64,000 bases of DNA from contig JBOGKQ010000003.1 in NCBI GenBank assembly GCA_050747905.1, forward strand, positions 60,801-124,800, in the 5' to 3' direction. Each line of letters opens with the position of its first letter. The stretch's first letter is position 1. The stretch comes from Terriglobales bacterium. Lineage in GTDB: Bacteria; Acidobacteriota; Terriglobia; Terriglobales; SCQP01. The position numbers were made by a program, and so were the translations under genes. Under the pieces are notes generated by a model that was given only the letters and a program-made list of their open reading frames with translations, was not told the origin of the DNA and ran no database searches. Below, piece by piece: positions 1 to 9,363 of this stretch.

Positions 1-879
1 GATTTTCGCCAAGCCGGCCAGATCACGCGCGAGCAAGCGCGGGTGCTGGCCGGGCTGCACGAGGCCTTTGCCCGCAATCTGGCGCACGTGCTGGGGGCGC
101 AACTGCGCTCGCATCTGGACGTCAGCCTGGTGGCCATCGAGCAGTTGGGCTTCGAGGAGTTCACGCAGCGACTACCCGAGGTCTGCTATATCGCCTCGCT
201 GGCGGTCCGCCCCAGCGGCGTAAGCGCCGCCCTGCAGTTGGATCTCAGCCTGGCGCATCCGATGATTGACCTGGTGCTGGGCGGCAACGGCGTGACCGAG
301 GAAGGCCAGGCGGAAGTCACCGAGATCGAGGAACAAATTTTGGAAAGCATCATCGCAGTCATCGTACGCGAGCTGCAGTTGGTCTGGCAGCCGATGCTGG
401 ACCTGCGGTTCACGTTCGAGCACCGCCAACCCATGGCACAAATCCTGCGGCTGATGCCGCCGCTTGAAAAGGTGCTGTCCCTGGGTTTCGAGCTGCGGCT
501 GCCGCAGGCGCGGGGCATGCTCAACCTGGCGTTTCCGGCGGTGATCTCGACCGGGCTGCTGCGCAAACTTTCCGAATCGCCGGTTTACAATCGCCGTCAG
601 GAGGAGCAGCAGGATACGGGGCCACGCATCCAGCGGCGGCTGCAGGGGGCGCGCTTCGAGCTGGAGGTGGTGCTGCCGGCGAGCAAGGTGCCCATCCGGC
701 GGCTGGTGGCGCTGCAGACGGGCGAGGTAGTGCGCCTGGCACAGGCCAGCGGCCACGCGGCCGAGTTGAGAATCGCGGGCCGGGTGGCGGGGAGAGCCCA
801 ACCGGTACGGCAGGGGCGGCTGCGGGCGGCACTGTTGACGGACTTACCCCGGCTGGCGAAGCCGGAACACGGAAGCTAA
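1..879 (+). CDS. fliM: Flagellar motor switch protein FliM (5' end outside window)
   Basis: Frame open from base 1 (DFRQAGQITREQ..); CheC-like middle and C-terminal SpoA-like region (LQTGEVVRL); followed by fliN. Confidence 0.85.
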   Translation, partial: DFRQAGQITREQARVLAGLHEAFARNLAHVLGAQLRSHLDVSLVAIEQLGFEEFTQRLPEVCYIASLAVRPSGVSAALQLDLSLAHPMIDLVLGGNGVTEEGQAEVTEIEEQILESIIAVIVRELQLVWQPMLDLRFTFEHRQPMAQILRLMPPLEKVLSLGFELRLPQARGMLNLAFPAVISTGLLRKLSESPVYNRRQEEQQDTGPRIQRRLQGARFELEVVLPASKVPIRRLVALQTGEVVRLAQASGHAAELRIAGRVAGRAQPVRQGRLRAALLTDLPRLAKPEHGS

Positions 880-891
880 GAGGAACACGAC

Positions 892-1758
892 ATGGCAGAA
901 AACGATACCCCGGCGGGCCCGATTCCGCAAACCGGATATGCCGAAGTCTGGACAGCGGCGGCGCTGGAGGTTATCCAGAGCCTGAGCGGTGACACGCGCT
1001 GGGCGGTTGCCGCGCCGGAAGGCGACGGCGGTGATCCGGTGATTGAAATGGTGGCGTTTCTGGAGCTGCGCGGCGAACTGACAGGGATTCAGCAGATCCG
1101 GCTGCACCGCGGCGAAGGGCGCGCCTGGGCGCAACTGGGCGTGCCACCGTCGGAAGATGCGCCCCGTATCCGCTCGACCCCGCTCGATGATGCCGAGCGC
1201 GACGCGCTGGCCGAAGTGCTGCGCCAAGTGCTGACGGCGGCGGCGGCGGGGTTGGGAGCGGGCGGCTGGGGCGCAGTGGAAATCGAGCTGCGGCACCTGG
1301 GCCCTTTGCGGCGCACGGTGGAGAATGGCGAGGGAACGGGCAAGCTGTGCTTTGCCCATGCCGATGGGGCGCGCCTGGAGTTTGGCATTGCCATGGACAG
1401 TGCGCTGCGCGACCAGATACGTTTCAAGCTCAACCCCGGCTCGGCGCCACCGCGCACGCCGGTGGGCGAACGCGGAGTGGTCACCAGCAGCACGAAGTTT
1501 GACATGCTCCTGGATGTCGAGCTGGACGTCACCTTACGCTTTGGCAATCGTCAGATGCTGCTGCATGATGTCGCCGAGCTGGCACCAGGGTCGGTGCTGG
1601 AGCTGGACCGGCAGATTGACGACCCGGTGGAGCTGCTGGTGGGCGGCAAGATCGTGGCCTGGGGCGAGGTGGTGGTGGTGGATGGCAATTACGGTTTGCG
1701 CCTCAACCGTCTGGTGCACCGGCGGGAGCGCATGGCCGCGCTGGAGGCGGCACGATGA
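892..1758 (+). CDS. fliN: FliN/FliY-type motor switch protein with long N-terminal domain
   Basis: C-terminal FDMLLDVELDVTLRFG..GEVVVVDGNYGLR SpoA domain. Confidence 0.85.
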   Translation: MAENDTPAGPIPQTGYAEVWTAAALEVIQSLSGDTRWAVAAPEGDGGDPVIEMVAFLELRGELTGIQQIRLHRGEGRAWAQLGVPPSEDAPRIRSTPLDDAERDALAEVLRQVLTAAAAGLGAGGWGAVEIELRHLGPLRRTVENGEGTGKLCFAHADGARLEFGIAMDSALRDQIRFKLNPGSAPPRTPVGERGVVTSSTKFDMLLDVELDVTLRFGNRQMLLHDVAELAPGSVLELDRQIDDPVELLVGGKIVAWGEVVVVDGNYGLRLNRLVHRRERMAALEAAR

Positions 1759-2684
1759 CCCGCGGACCCGCGGCCGCAGCGCTACCACCGCCGCCGGCGG
1801 TGGCCCTGGAAGTAACGGCACCCCGTGCGGCGTTCGGCGGGAGCCTGAGTGGAGGGTGGCAGGCATTGCGCCGACGCTGGGCCTGCCTGGGACCGGACTG
1901 CGGCGAGCGCTATGGCATCCGCGCCTGGTGCAAACTGCCGGCGCGGGTGCAATTGCAGGAGGGTTGGTGCTGCAGCCCGGAATGTTTCGAAGCTGCCTTC
2001 GAGCTGCAAGCGCGCCGTCTCATCCACGCGGCGGGGCCGCGGCCCGTAAGGACACACCGCATTCCGCTGGGGCTGCTGCTGCTGTCGCACGGCTTGATCT
2101 CTCAGGCGCAATTACGCGACGGGCTGGAGGCTCAAAAAGAGCGGGGCGGCCGGCTGGGGGAATGGCTGGTACGCCAGGGAGCGGTGGGGGAAAACGAAAT
2201 CGCCGCCACCATCGGCATGCAATGGGCACGGCCCACGTTTCCTCTCGCCGATTCGCCGGGCTGGCAGGCGTGCCGCGACTGGGTGCCGTTGGCGGCGAAT
2301 GAAGTGCTCGGTATGCTGCCGCTGTATTTCGCGGCGGCGCAGCGGCGCTTGTACGTTGGCTTCACGCAGGTGGTGGACTTCAACGCGCTGGCCGCGGTCG
2401 GCGACATGCTGGGATGCGCCACCGAGGCGTGCATCGTGGCCGATGGCGCCTGGGAGGCGGCGATCGAGCACCTGCGCACGGTGCCCGGGCCGGCGGGTGT
2501 GGAGAGCATCGATCTCGAAGAGATGGATTCGGCGGCGGAAATCGCCGGGGTCGCACGCCAATACGCCCGCTATGCCGAAGCGCGGCAGGTGCGCATGGCG
2601 GCCATCGGACCCTTCCTCTGGGTACGCATTCGCGGCCAGCGGGTGATCCACCTCACATTCCGGCCGCGGCGACGCGCGCACTAA
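1755..2684 (+). CDS. Cys-rich N-terminus + MshEN-type tandem motif + GspE-N-like region, no ATPase
   Basis: PLGLLLLSHGLISQAQLRDGLEAQ-KERGG-RLGEWLVRQGAVGENEIAATIGMQ; ATGA overlap with fliN. Confidence 0.7.
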   Translation: MTRGPAAAALPPPPAVALEVTAPRAAFGGSLSGGWQALRRRWACLGPDCGERYGIRAWCKLPARVQLQEGWCCSPECFEAAFELQARRLIHAAGPRPVRTHRIPLGLLLLSHGLISQAQLRDGLEAQKERGGRLGEWLVRQGAVGENEIAATIGMQWARPTFPLADSPGWQACRDWVPLAANEVLGMLPLYFAAAQRRLYVGFTQVVDFNALAAVGDMLGCATEACIVADGAWEAAIEHLRTVPGPAGVESIDLEEMDSAAEIAGVARQYARYAEARQVRMAAIGPFLWVRIRGQRVIHLTFRPRRRAH

Positions 2685-2692
2685 AATTGTTC

Positions 2693-3562
2693 ATGCGGTT
2701 GCGCACGCTCTGGGAGACGTCCGTGAGGAGGCACCCGCCGGAGCTGCCGGACGCGTTGCGCGCTCTGTACGGCAGCGACCTCGTCTTCCCGGCCCAGCGC
2801 ACGCCCTACGTGTACGCCAATTTTGTGGCCAGCGCCGACGGCGTGGTCAGTTTTGGGGTGCGCGGCCAGGCGGGCGGAGGCACGATCAGCGGCGGCAACC
2901 TCGGCGACCGGCTGGGCATGGCGCTGCTGCGGGCGCGCGCCGACGCCGTGCTGGTGGGCGCCCGCACGTTGCGCGCGGCGGGAAGGCCGGCGCTGTGGGA
3001 TCCGGCCTACACCTTTCCGGCCGCCACAACGGCACTCCGTGCCTGGCGGCGGGCCCGCGGACTCACGGATTCGCCGCTGCTGACGGTGGTCACTGCCAGC
3101 GGACGGTTGCCGCTCGACTACGAAGTCTTTCACGCGCGCGGAGCGCGCGTGCTCGTGCTCAGCTCGGACGGGGGTGCGGCCCGGTTGCGGGCCGAGGCGC
3201 GGCGGCGCGGATTGAAGCTGGAGCTGCGGGTGCTGGCGCCGGTGGCGGGGCGCATGCCGGTCCGAGCCATGCTGCGGCTGCTGGCGCGCGAGTTCGGGGT
3301 GCGGATGCTGCTGTGTGAGGGTGGGCCGACCCTGTTCGGAGAGCTGGCGCGCGCAGGGCTGGTGCAGGAGCTGTTTTTGTCGGTGGCGCCGGTGCTGGCC
3401 GGCCGCAATGGGCGGGCACCGCGCCCGGGCCCCATCGTCGGCGCCGCCTTCGCGCCCGCAAGGGCGCCACGCATGCGGCTGCTCAGCGTCAAGGCACACG
3501 GCGACCTGCTGCTGCTGCGTTACCGGATTACCGGTTCCGGCGCAAGGCCGAGTTCGCGCTGA
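2693..3562 (+). CDS. RibD C-terminal/dihydrofolate reductase family protein
   Basis: YVYANFVASADG, LRARADAVLVGARTLR, LLCEGGPTLFG, ELFLSVAPVL motifs. Confidence 0.8.
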   Translation: MRLRTLWETSVRRHPPELPDALRALYGSDLVFPAQRTPYVYANFVASADGVVSFGVRGQAGGGTISGGNLGDRLGMALLRARADAVLVGARTLRAAGRPALWDPAYTFPAATTALRAWRRARGLTDSPLLTVVTASGRLPLDYEVFHARGARVLVLSSDGGAARLRAEARRRGLKLELRVLAPVAGRMPVRAMLRLLAREFGVRMLLCEGGPTLFGELARAGLVQELFLSVAPVLAGRNGRAPRPGPIVGAAFAPARAPRMRLLSVKAHGDLLLLRYRITGSGARPSSR

Positions 3563-3702
3563 AGAATGCGCGCAGCGCAGGGGCTGCACGTGAAGGTGTG
3601 GCCGTCGAGATCCAAGGTGGGCACTTTGTACTTGCCTTGATGGTGCGCTGCCACCCATTCCGCCGCCCTCTCGATCTGCTCGATGTTGATTTCCTCGAAT
3701 GT
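3520..3702 (-). pseudogene. C-terminal remnant of a glutaredoxin/NrdH-like protein; 5' part absent at repeat copy A
   Basis: Manual translation TFEEINIEQIERAAEWVAAHHQGKYKVPTLDLDGHTFTCSPCAARILQRELGL..; no start codon or CxxC before repeat. Confidence 0.6.
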
Positions 3703-4020
3703 TGGCGCGGGCCCCAGCGCGGCTGCGCCGCGCGCCCCGCTTATGCTCGCGTCGGGTTGCCCGCCCTGCTGTGAGTGCGCAGGGCGGGTTGGGGGCCCCT
3801 GGCCCCAACCCGACGCTGCGCCTCGCTCCCACCCCTAGGCGCAGGCGCCTTGGGGGCCCCGGGGCTCCCACCCCAAGGCGCAGGCGCCTTGGGGGCCCCG
3901 GGGCTGGGGCCGCGCCGGCATGTTTCCCCGGGGGCGCTCGCTGGGACGCTCGCCCATTCCGAATTTCGCAGCCCTTCGCGTCGATTTTGCCCACGGTGCA
4001 AAGCGGAGCGACCCCTGCGA
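3698..4020 (-). repeat. Modular palindromic element, copy A (longest; tandem 39-nt hairpin module)
   Basis: Long near-identical stretches shared with 33301-33540 and 38378-38656. Confidence 0.92.
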
Positions 4021-4086
4021 TATGACTTTTCTTGGGGAAAAGTCGTATCCGGTACACTCCGCCAGGCTGGCCAGGCTGATTTCGCT

Positions 4087-4803
4087 TCAATAGCCGGAGA
4101 ATTCCTCGGTACGGATATCGTCGTCATCCACGCCGGTGCCGTGCAGGGTCACGCGGAGGGCGGTGACCATGCCCGGTGGCCCGGCGATGAAGTAGAGTGG
4201 CTCGTGAGCCTGCTTCAGATGCTCGCTCATCAGCTTGCCGTCAATCAGGCCGTGGAGGCCCGTCCATGGGCGCGAAGACGTTTCCATCTCCGACATCACC
4301 GGCACGCAGGTGAAGCGCGGGTTGCCGCTCTGGAGAGCCATGAGGTCGCCCAGGAAGGCGGCGTCCTCGGGCCGGCGGTTGCCATAAAACATCACGATGC
4401 GGTGGCCCAGCTTGCGGTGCGCGGCGTCGCAGGCCATGGAGCGGAACGGCGTAATGCCGATGCCGCCGGCGAGCAGCACGATCGTGCGGGTATCACGGTT
4501 GGGCAGGGTAAAGTCGCCAAACGGACCCTCGAAGTCGAGCGCGCCGCCCAGCGGCATGGCGGCGAATTCGTTTTTGAAGGCGCTGCCACGCATGCGCGTG
4601 GCCACGAGCAGAGCCGCGGCGCTGGGGTCATCGGCAAGCGAGAAGGTACGGAGGTTGCCGCCTGGAGTAGAGTCGGGCAACTGCGGCAACTTGAGATCAA
4701 TGGTTTGGCCGGCGCGGAAGTCAAACCCGGCGGGTTTTTCCAGGTGGAAGGCCATGGTGCCTTCGGCAATGGTCCGGCGTTCGAGCAGGCGCGAGGCGCT
4801 CAT
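4087..4803 (-). CDS. FAD/NAD(P)-binding oxidoreductase (ferredoxin-NADP reductase-like)
   Basis: RTFSLA, AGGIGITPFRSM, AGPPGMV, C-terminal EEFSGY. Confidence 0.85.
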   Translation of the reverse strand: MSASRLLERRTIAEGTMAFHLEKPAGFDFRAGQTIDLKLPQLPDSTPGGNLRTFSLADDPSAAALLVATRMRGSAFKNEFAAMPLGGALDFEGPFGDFTLPNRDTRTIVLLAGGIGITPFRSMACDAAHRKLGHRIVMFYGNRRPEDAAFLGDLMALQSGNPRFTCVPVMSEMETSSRPWTGLHGLIDGKLMSEHLKQAHEPLYFIAGPPGMVTALRVTLHGTGVDDDDIRTEEFSGY

Positions 4804-5177
4804 GCGGCCTTGCCTGCTTTCTCTTTCAATTTACCCTCCAGAAAATACTTCAACACCACGGCGTTGTTGTGCTCGGCATCGTGCGAGCTGTAGATCAGGG
4901 TGAGCGTGCCGCCGCGTGCGGCTGCGAGCAGCGGCGCGAGCTCGGCCGCGTGGGTGCGCAGCTCGGCCGTGTAGCGGCGCTGGAACTCGAGCCATTTGGA
5001 AGGATCGTGGCTGAACCATTGCCGCAATCCGGTGGTTGGCGCCACCTCCTTGGCCCAAGCAGCCAACGGCAAGCTGGTTTTCTTGACGCCCCGCGGCCAC
5101 AACCGCTCGATCAGGATGCGGGCGCCGTCGCTTTTGGCGGCGGCCTCGTAGGCGCGTTTCAGTCGGATGACGGGCAA
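4800..5177 (-). CDS. DUF488/YeaO family protein
   Basis: IRLKRAYE..DGARILIERLWPRGVKK..EVAPT..WF.HDP..HNNAVVL; SD AGGAGG before TTG. Confidence 0.85.
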   Translation of the reverse strand: MPVIRLKRAYEAAAKSDGARILIERLWPRGVKKTSLPLAAWAKEVAPTTGLRQWFSHDPSKWLEFQRRYTAELRTHAAELAPLLAAARGGTLTLIYSSHDAEHNNAVVLKYFLEGKLKEKAGKAA

Positions 5178-5593
5178 TGTTCCTCCTTAGGCCAGCAAAG
5201 GGTCAGCAGAAACGCACTGTCCTCGAGCGCTTCGACATCGTGGCGGAGCTCGCGATCCAGCATCAGCACGTGGCCGGCGGGCAGGTCCTGCGTCCCGGCC
5301 GGCAAAAGCAGGCGGATGTGGCCGTTGAGGCAGTGTACGGTGATGCGCGCCGCAGTGCGGTGCTCGGGCAGGCGCTCCCCGCGGCGGATGGCCACCAGCA
5401 CGACCCGCAAGTCGGGGTGCTTGACCAGCGTGGTCGAACTGGGACCGGTGCCGCCTGACCAGGCCGGTTGCCGCTGTAAGTGTTGGACTTCAGCCTGAAG
5501 ATCGAAGTGCAGGACGGCCGTGTCCAGTTTGCCCTGCAGTTGTTCATGTCCAACTGGACGGGCCGGCGGTTCATCTGCTTGCCTTATGCCCAC
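5159..5593 (-). CDS. Cupin-domain protein
   Basis: LPEHRT..ITVHCLNG..RHDVEALEDSAFLLT. Confidence 0.75.
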   Translation of the reverse strand: MGIRQADEPPARPVGHEQLQGKLDTAVLHFDLQAEVQHLQRQPAWSGGTGPSSTTLVKHPDLRVVLVAIRRGERLPEHRTAARITVHCLNGHIRLLLPAGTQDLPAGHVLMLDRELRHDVEALEDSAFLLTLCWPKEEHCPSSD

Positions 5594-5627
5594 ATCGCTA
5601 TTGTAATCGTAGCGAATGTGACGGACA

Positions 5628-6284
5628 TCACATCGGGCGCGAATGCAGCGGGCGCACCAGCAGCCAGGCGCCTAGCAGCGCCAAAGGCAGGAATTCGAGC
5701 GGCAGCAGCGCCTGACCCAGTGTTAGGGGTTGTGCCATGACGGGCGGCAGCCCATGAACGGGCTCACCCAAAGCGAAGCCAATGCCGCCAATGAAGCCGT
5801 AGTAGCTTGCCGCAATACCGGGAAGGAGCAGGAGAAACCCGAGCGTCGCGCGGGCAGCAGCGTGACGGCGTGCCGCCAATATACAGCCCAATGCAGCACC
5901 TGGAATCAGCCAAATGGCGCCGCCCGCCAACCCGGGCAACGTACCCGCCAGCATAAACACCACACCCAGCACTGGAGCACGCTCCAAAAGCAGCACTCCC
6001 ACGACAGCCATCGCCGCCAGAATGGGAACGAGCACGTGCAGAAAGCTGGCCAGGCCGGGTTCGGGAGTGGGAACCACTCCCACGGGACGGGCTAGAAACC
6101 AAGCGTAAAGCAGCGTCATCACCGCGCCCAGTAACATTGCAAATATGGCCACGCGCAGCCACAAATCCCGGGGAGGCGGCACGCGGGCGCGCACCGCCGC
6201 AGTGGGGAGCGCAACCGCAACTTCGGCGGGAACCGAATAGCTTCGCTTCAGCGGGTTGTGGTCAGGTTCAACCGGGTCGCGCAT
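5628..6284 (-). CDS. Hypothetical multi-pass membrane protein
   Basis: About 5 hydrophobic segments. Confidence 0.6.
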   Translation of the reverse strand: MRDPVEPDHNPLKRSYSVPAEVAVALPTAAVRARVPPPRDLWLRVAIFAMLLGAVMTLLYAWFLARPVGVVPTPEPGLASFLHVLVPILAAMAVVGVLLLERAPVLGVVFMLAGTLPGLAGGAIWLIPGAALGCILAARRHAAARATLGFLLLLPGIAASYYGFIGGIGFALGEPVHGLPPVMAQPLTLGQALLPLEFLPLALLGAWLLVRPLHSRPM

Positions 6285-6305
6285 ACCTGCTGAAAAGTGT
6301 AAACC

Positions 6306-6402
6306 AATGTTGGCACGGGCCCCCGCGCGGCTGCTTCGCCCTGCTGTGGGTGCGCAGGGCGGGTTGGGGCTCTTGGCCCAAGCTGACGCTGCGCCTCGCC
6401 GG
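6306..6402 (-). repeat. Modular palindromic element, copy B (partial, diverged)
   Basis: AATGTTGGCACGGGCCCCC..CGCCCTGCTGTGGGTGCGCAGGGCGGGTTGGGG..TGACGCTGCGCCTCGCC. Confidence 0.85.
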
Positions 6403-6434
6403 GGCCACGGTGTTCGAAGCTACAATGGAGTCCC

Positions 6435-7757
6435 ATGGCACGAATTCGACCGTTTGCCGCCTACCGCTATGACCTGAGCCGGGTGCGCGCCGGCGATGTG
6501 CTGACTCAGCCCTACGATAAGATCAGTCCGGAAATGCGCCAGCGCTACCTCGCGGCGAGCCCTTACAACCTGGTGCGCGTCATCCTCGGCGAAAAGCAGG
6601 CAAACGACTCCGAGAGCAACAACGTGTACGTGCGGGCAGCCGACTTCCTGAATCAGTGGATCGAGCAAGGCGTGCTGCGACCAGACCCGGAGCCGTCGCT
6701 TTATCCCTATACGCAGACGTTTCGCGCGCCGGACTCGGGCAAGAGCTATACACGGCGCAGCTTTATTGGGCTGGGGGGTATGGAGGATTACAGCAAGCAC
6801 GTCATTTATCGCCATGAACAAACCCTGAGCGGGCCCAAGCTTGACCGTCAGGCGCTGCTGCGGGCCACCCGCACCCACTTCGGTCTGCTGTTTATGCTCT
6901 ACAGCGATCCTAGCCAGAGTGTGGAGAGGGAATTATTGGAGCGGGCACAGAATCCGGTCCTGGAGGCCACGGACGAATACGGAACCGAGCACCGCCTGTT
7001 CCGCGAGACCGATGCCGGCGTGATTGAGCGGCTGCAGCGAGCCATGGCGCCGCTGCCACTGGTGATCGCGGATGGCCACCACCGTTACGAAACCGCACTT
7101 GCCTGGCGCAATGAGCAAAATGCGCAAGCCCCGCACCGGCCCGATCACCCCTGGGACTGGACGATGATGACGTTCGTCAACCTGGATGCCCCCGGGCTCG
7201 TGGTGCTACCCACGCATCGGTTGATCTACGGCCTGCCGGGCTGGAACACGGCAGCGGCGCTGGGCAAGTTGGAGCAGTACTTCGCGGTTTCTCCCACCGG
7301 CATCCACGTCAACGAGAGCGATGCCGCGGCCCGCGTACGAAAGCTGCTGGCACAAGCCGCACCCGCGGGCCCGGTGATCGCCACGGCGCTCGCAGGCGAA
7401 CCGGAGCTCCTGCTGCTCCGCCCAAAGCCGGAGCTGGATTTGGCGGCGCTGCTGCCCGGGGAGCTGCCGCAACAGCAAAAACTAGATGTGGTATTGCTCC
7501 ATCGCCTCGCGCTTGAGCTGGCTTTGGGCGTGACGCCGGAGATGGTGCGTGCGGAGCAGCACCTGCGCTACGTCAAGGAGCCCGCCGAAGCACTGCGCTC
7601 GGTGAGCGCCAAGGCCGCCCAAGCAGTCTTCCTGCTGCATCCGGTGGCGCCGGCGCTGGTGCGCGACATCGCACTCGCCGACGGCGTCATGCCGCAAAAG
7701 TCAACCGACTTTTTCCCCAAGCTGCTGACCGGGTTGACGATGCAGCGAGTGGACTAA
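6435..7757 (+). CDS. DUF1015 family protein
   Basis: MARIRPF..QPYDKIS..HEQTL..IADGHHRYETA..MPQKSTDFFPKLLTGL. Confidence 0.85.
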   Translation: MARIRPFAAYRYDLSRVRAGDVLTQPYDKISPEMRQRYLAASPYNLVRVILGEKQANDSESNNVYVRAADFLNQWIEQGVLRPDPEPSLYPYTQTFRAPDSGKSYTRRSFIGLGGMEDYSKHVIYRHEQTLSGPKLDRQALLRATRTHFGLLFMLYSDPSQSVERELLERAQNPVLEATDEYGTEHRLFRETDAGVIERLQRAMAPLPLVIADGHHRYETALAWRNEQNAQAPHRPDHPWDWTMMTFVNLDAPGLVVLPTHRLIYGLPGWNTAAALGKLEQYFAVSPTGIHVNESDAAARVRKLLAQAAPAGPVIATALAGEPELLLLRPKPELDLAALLPGELPQQQKLDVVLLHRLALELALGVTPEMVRAEQHLRYVKEPAEALRSVSAKAAQAVFLLHPVAPALVRDIALADGVMPQKSTDFFPKLLTGLTMQRVD

Positions 7758-7833
7758 ACAAGCTTGGAGTGCGGACGCGGGGGTGCGGCGGAGGGATAGC
7801 GCGGCGGCGAGCCGCGTACTGCTCGACGCCAGC

Positions 7834-8181
7834 TTATTTCTTAAAGCTGGCGACGGCGGCCGCCTCATCGTCGAAGACGTCGAAGACGGTAAGCAGCTTG
7901 GTGATCATCAGCAGCTCGTGGAAGCGCTTGGTGATGGCAGCCAGCCTGATGCGCGCACCTTTGGAATTGGCAGTGCTGTAAAGGCCGACCAGCGCACCCA
8001 AGCCGCTGCTATCAATGAAATCCACGTTGGCCAGGTTAATGACGATTTTGGTCGTGCCATTGTTGACCAGACCTTTAACGCTTTCACGCAGATCGTTGGT
8101 TTCCTGCCCCAGGATAATGCGCCCGGTGGCTTCGACCACGGTGACTCCGTCGACAGTACGGGTGGTGAGTTTCAGTGCCAC
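7834..8181 (-). CDS. STAS-domain anti-sigma factor antagonist
   Basis: INLANVDFIDSSGLGALV (conserved Ser), VFDVFDDEAAAVASF. Confidence 0.9.
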   Translation of the reverse strand: MALKLTTRTVDGVTVVEATGRIILGQETNDLRESVKGLVNNGTTKIVINLANVDFIDSSGLGALVGLYSTANSKGARIRLAAITKRFHELLMITKLLTVFDVFDDEAAAVASFKK

Positions 8182-8250
8182 GCTAGTCTCCCTCTTGCGG
8201 ATCCAATCCAGCGAACCAAGCTGTCATTAGACACCACCCGAAGCGCTGGG

Positions 8251-8808
8251 TCAACTGATTTTCCGCCGGGCAGCCATCTCGGCCCGGATGTCGGCCAGGT
8301 CCTTCAGGCTGAGGTGGGCGCGCAAGGCTGGAAAGATCAGCCGTTCCTCCAATTCCAGATGTTCACTCCAAGCTCGATCCAGTTCAGCGACGGAGGCGGC
8401 AGTGGCGGGTGCCGATTCGGGATGCTGCTCCAACGCCTGCCAGAGAGGCAGCAAGGCGACAATAATGCGATCAATAGTAGCGTGCTGATCCAGCATGGCT
8501 TGGTTGGCCAAAGCCAACGCCGGAGGTGGAGCGGAAGCGCGCAGGCGGGGATAGACGGATTCATTTTCGTCCGCCTCGTGCAGGGGTAGAGCCACGCTGT
8601 AGTAGCGAAACACGGCGCGGGCGGCGGCAGGAATTTGCTCCTGGGGCGCATCCAGCGCCGCCAGGTGGCGCGCCATGGCGGTGAAGTGGCGAATGCGCTG
8701 GTGGCAGCCCAGCAACATGTCCACCGCATCGCTGGAATCGCCGGCCCGCCATGCGTCCGTGAGGCTGGCGGTAGGAACAGAGGCTGGCGTGCGGATTTGC
8801 TTCAGCAT
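8251..8808 (-). CDS. Hemerythrin-domain protein
   Basis: CHQRIR, LHEADENESVYP, HATID, HLELEERLIFP. Confidence 0.8.
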   Translation of the reverse strand: MLKQIRTPASVPTASLTDAWRAGDSSDAVDMLLGCHQRIRHFTAMARHLAALDAPQEQIPAAARAVFRYYSVALPLHEADENESVYPRLRASAPPPALALANQAMLDQHATIDRIIVALLPLWQALEQHPESAPATAASVAELDRAWSEHLELEERLIFPALRAHLSLKDLADIRAEMAARRKIS

Positions 8809-9272
8809 GCTTCCATAGTAGACCGCTGCGGGTGGCGGGCAGTGGCCCACACCAGCAAGCTGTAACGGTAAGGAGAAGGAAAATCGGCACCAGGGCGGCG
8901 GGTGACAATGAGACTCATCGCGTCTTCGGGACGAAAGCCCAGAGCACAAAGAATCGCCGCTGCCGCAAGGGGACCGCGATGGATGCCGGCGGCGCAATGC
9001 ACGTACACCTGGGCAAGCGGATCCGACAGAGCGCGCGCGGCGAAGGCGACCGCCCGGTCGAAGAATACGGCGGGCTTGGGCTGGCCGTCATCTTCGACCG
9101 GATTCCAGAGCACCTCCAAGCCGACTTCGGACGCCAACTCCGTGTCATCGAATTCGGCCTGAACGTCGACGATGTGAGTGAAGCCGCGACGCGACAACTC
9201 GGCCATGGCCTCGAGCGTCCATAAGCCACCTCCCACAGCCAGGCGGCGGTCGAGAATGAAGTCGAAGTCCAC
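8802..9272 (-). CDS. Dual-specificity/protein-tyrosine phosphatase family protein
   Basis: VHCAAGIHRG (HCX5R) and upstream VEDDGQ acid loop; start inferred at GTG 9272. Confidence 0.8.
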   Translation of the reverse strand: MDFDFILDRRLAVGGGLWTLEAMAELSRRGFTHIVDVQAEFDDTELASEVGLEVLWNPVEDDGQPKPAVFFDRAVAFAARALSDPLAQVYVHCAAGIHRGPLAAAAILCALGFRPEDAMSLIVTRRPGADFPSPYRYSLLVWATARHPQRSTMEAC

Positions 9273-9363
9273 GCAGAGGGGAAGCAGGAGCAGCCACGCA
9301 CCCGGCACACGAACGCCTGCGCCCGTATGGATGCAGTCTAAAGAGGTGCGGCTGTCCGCCCGA

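Noticed and set aside
3698-4020. CRISPR array or group II intron interpretation of the repeats
   Set aside because: No constant repeat with regularly sized unique spacers, no cas genes, no intron domain V motif
2681-4090. 469-aa minus-strand ORF spanning copy A
   Set aside because: Shadow of the RibD-like gene plus stop-poor repeat sequence
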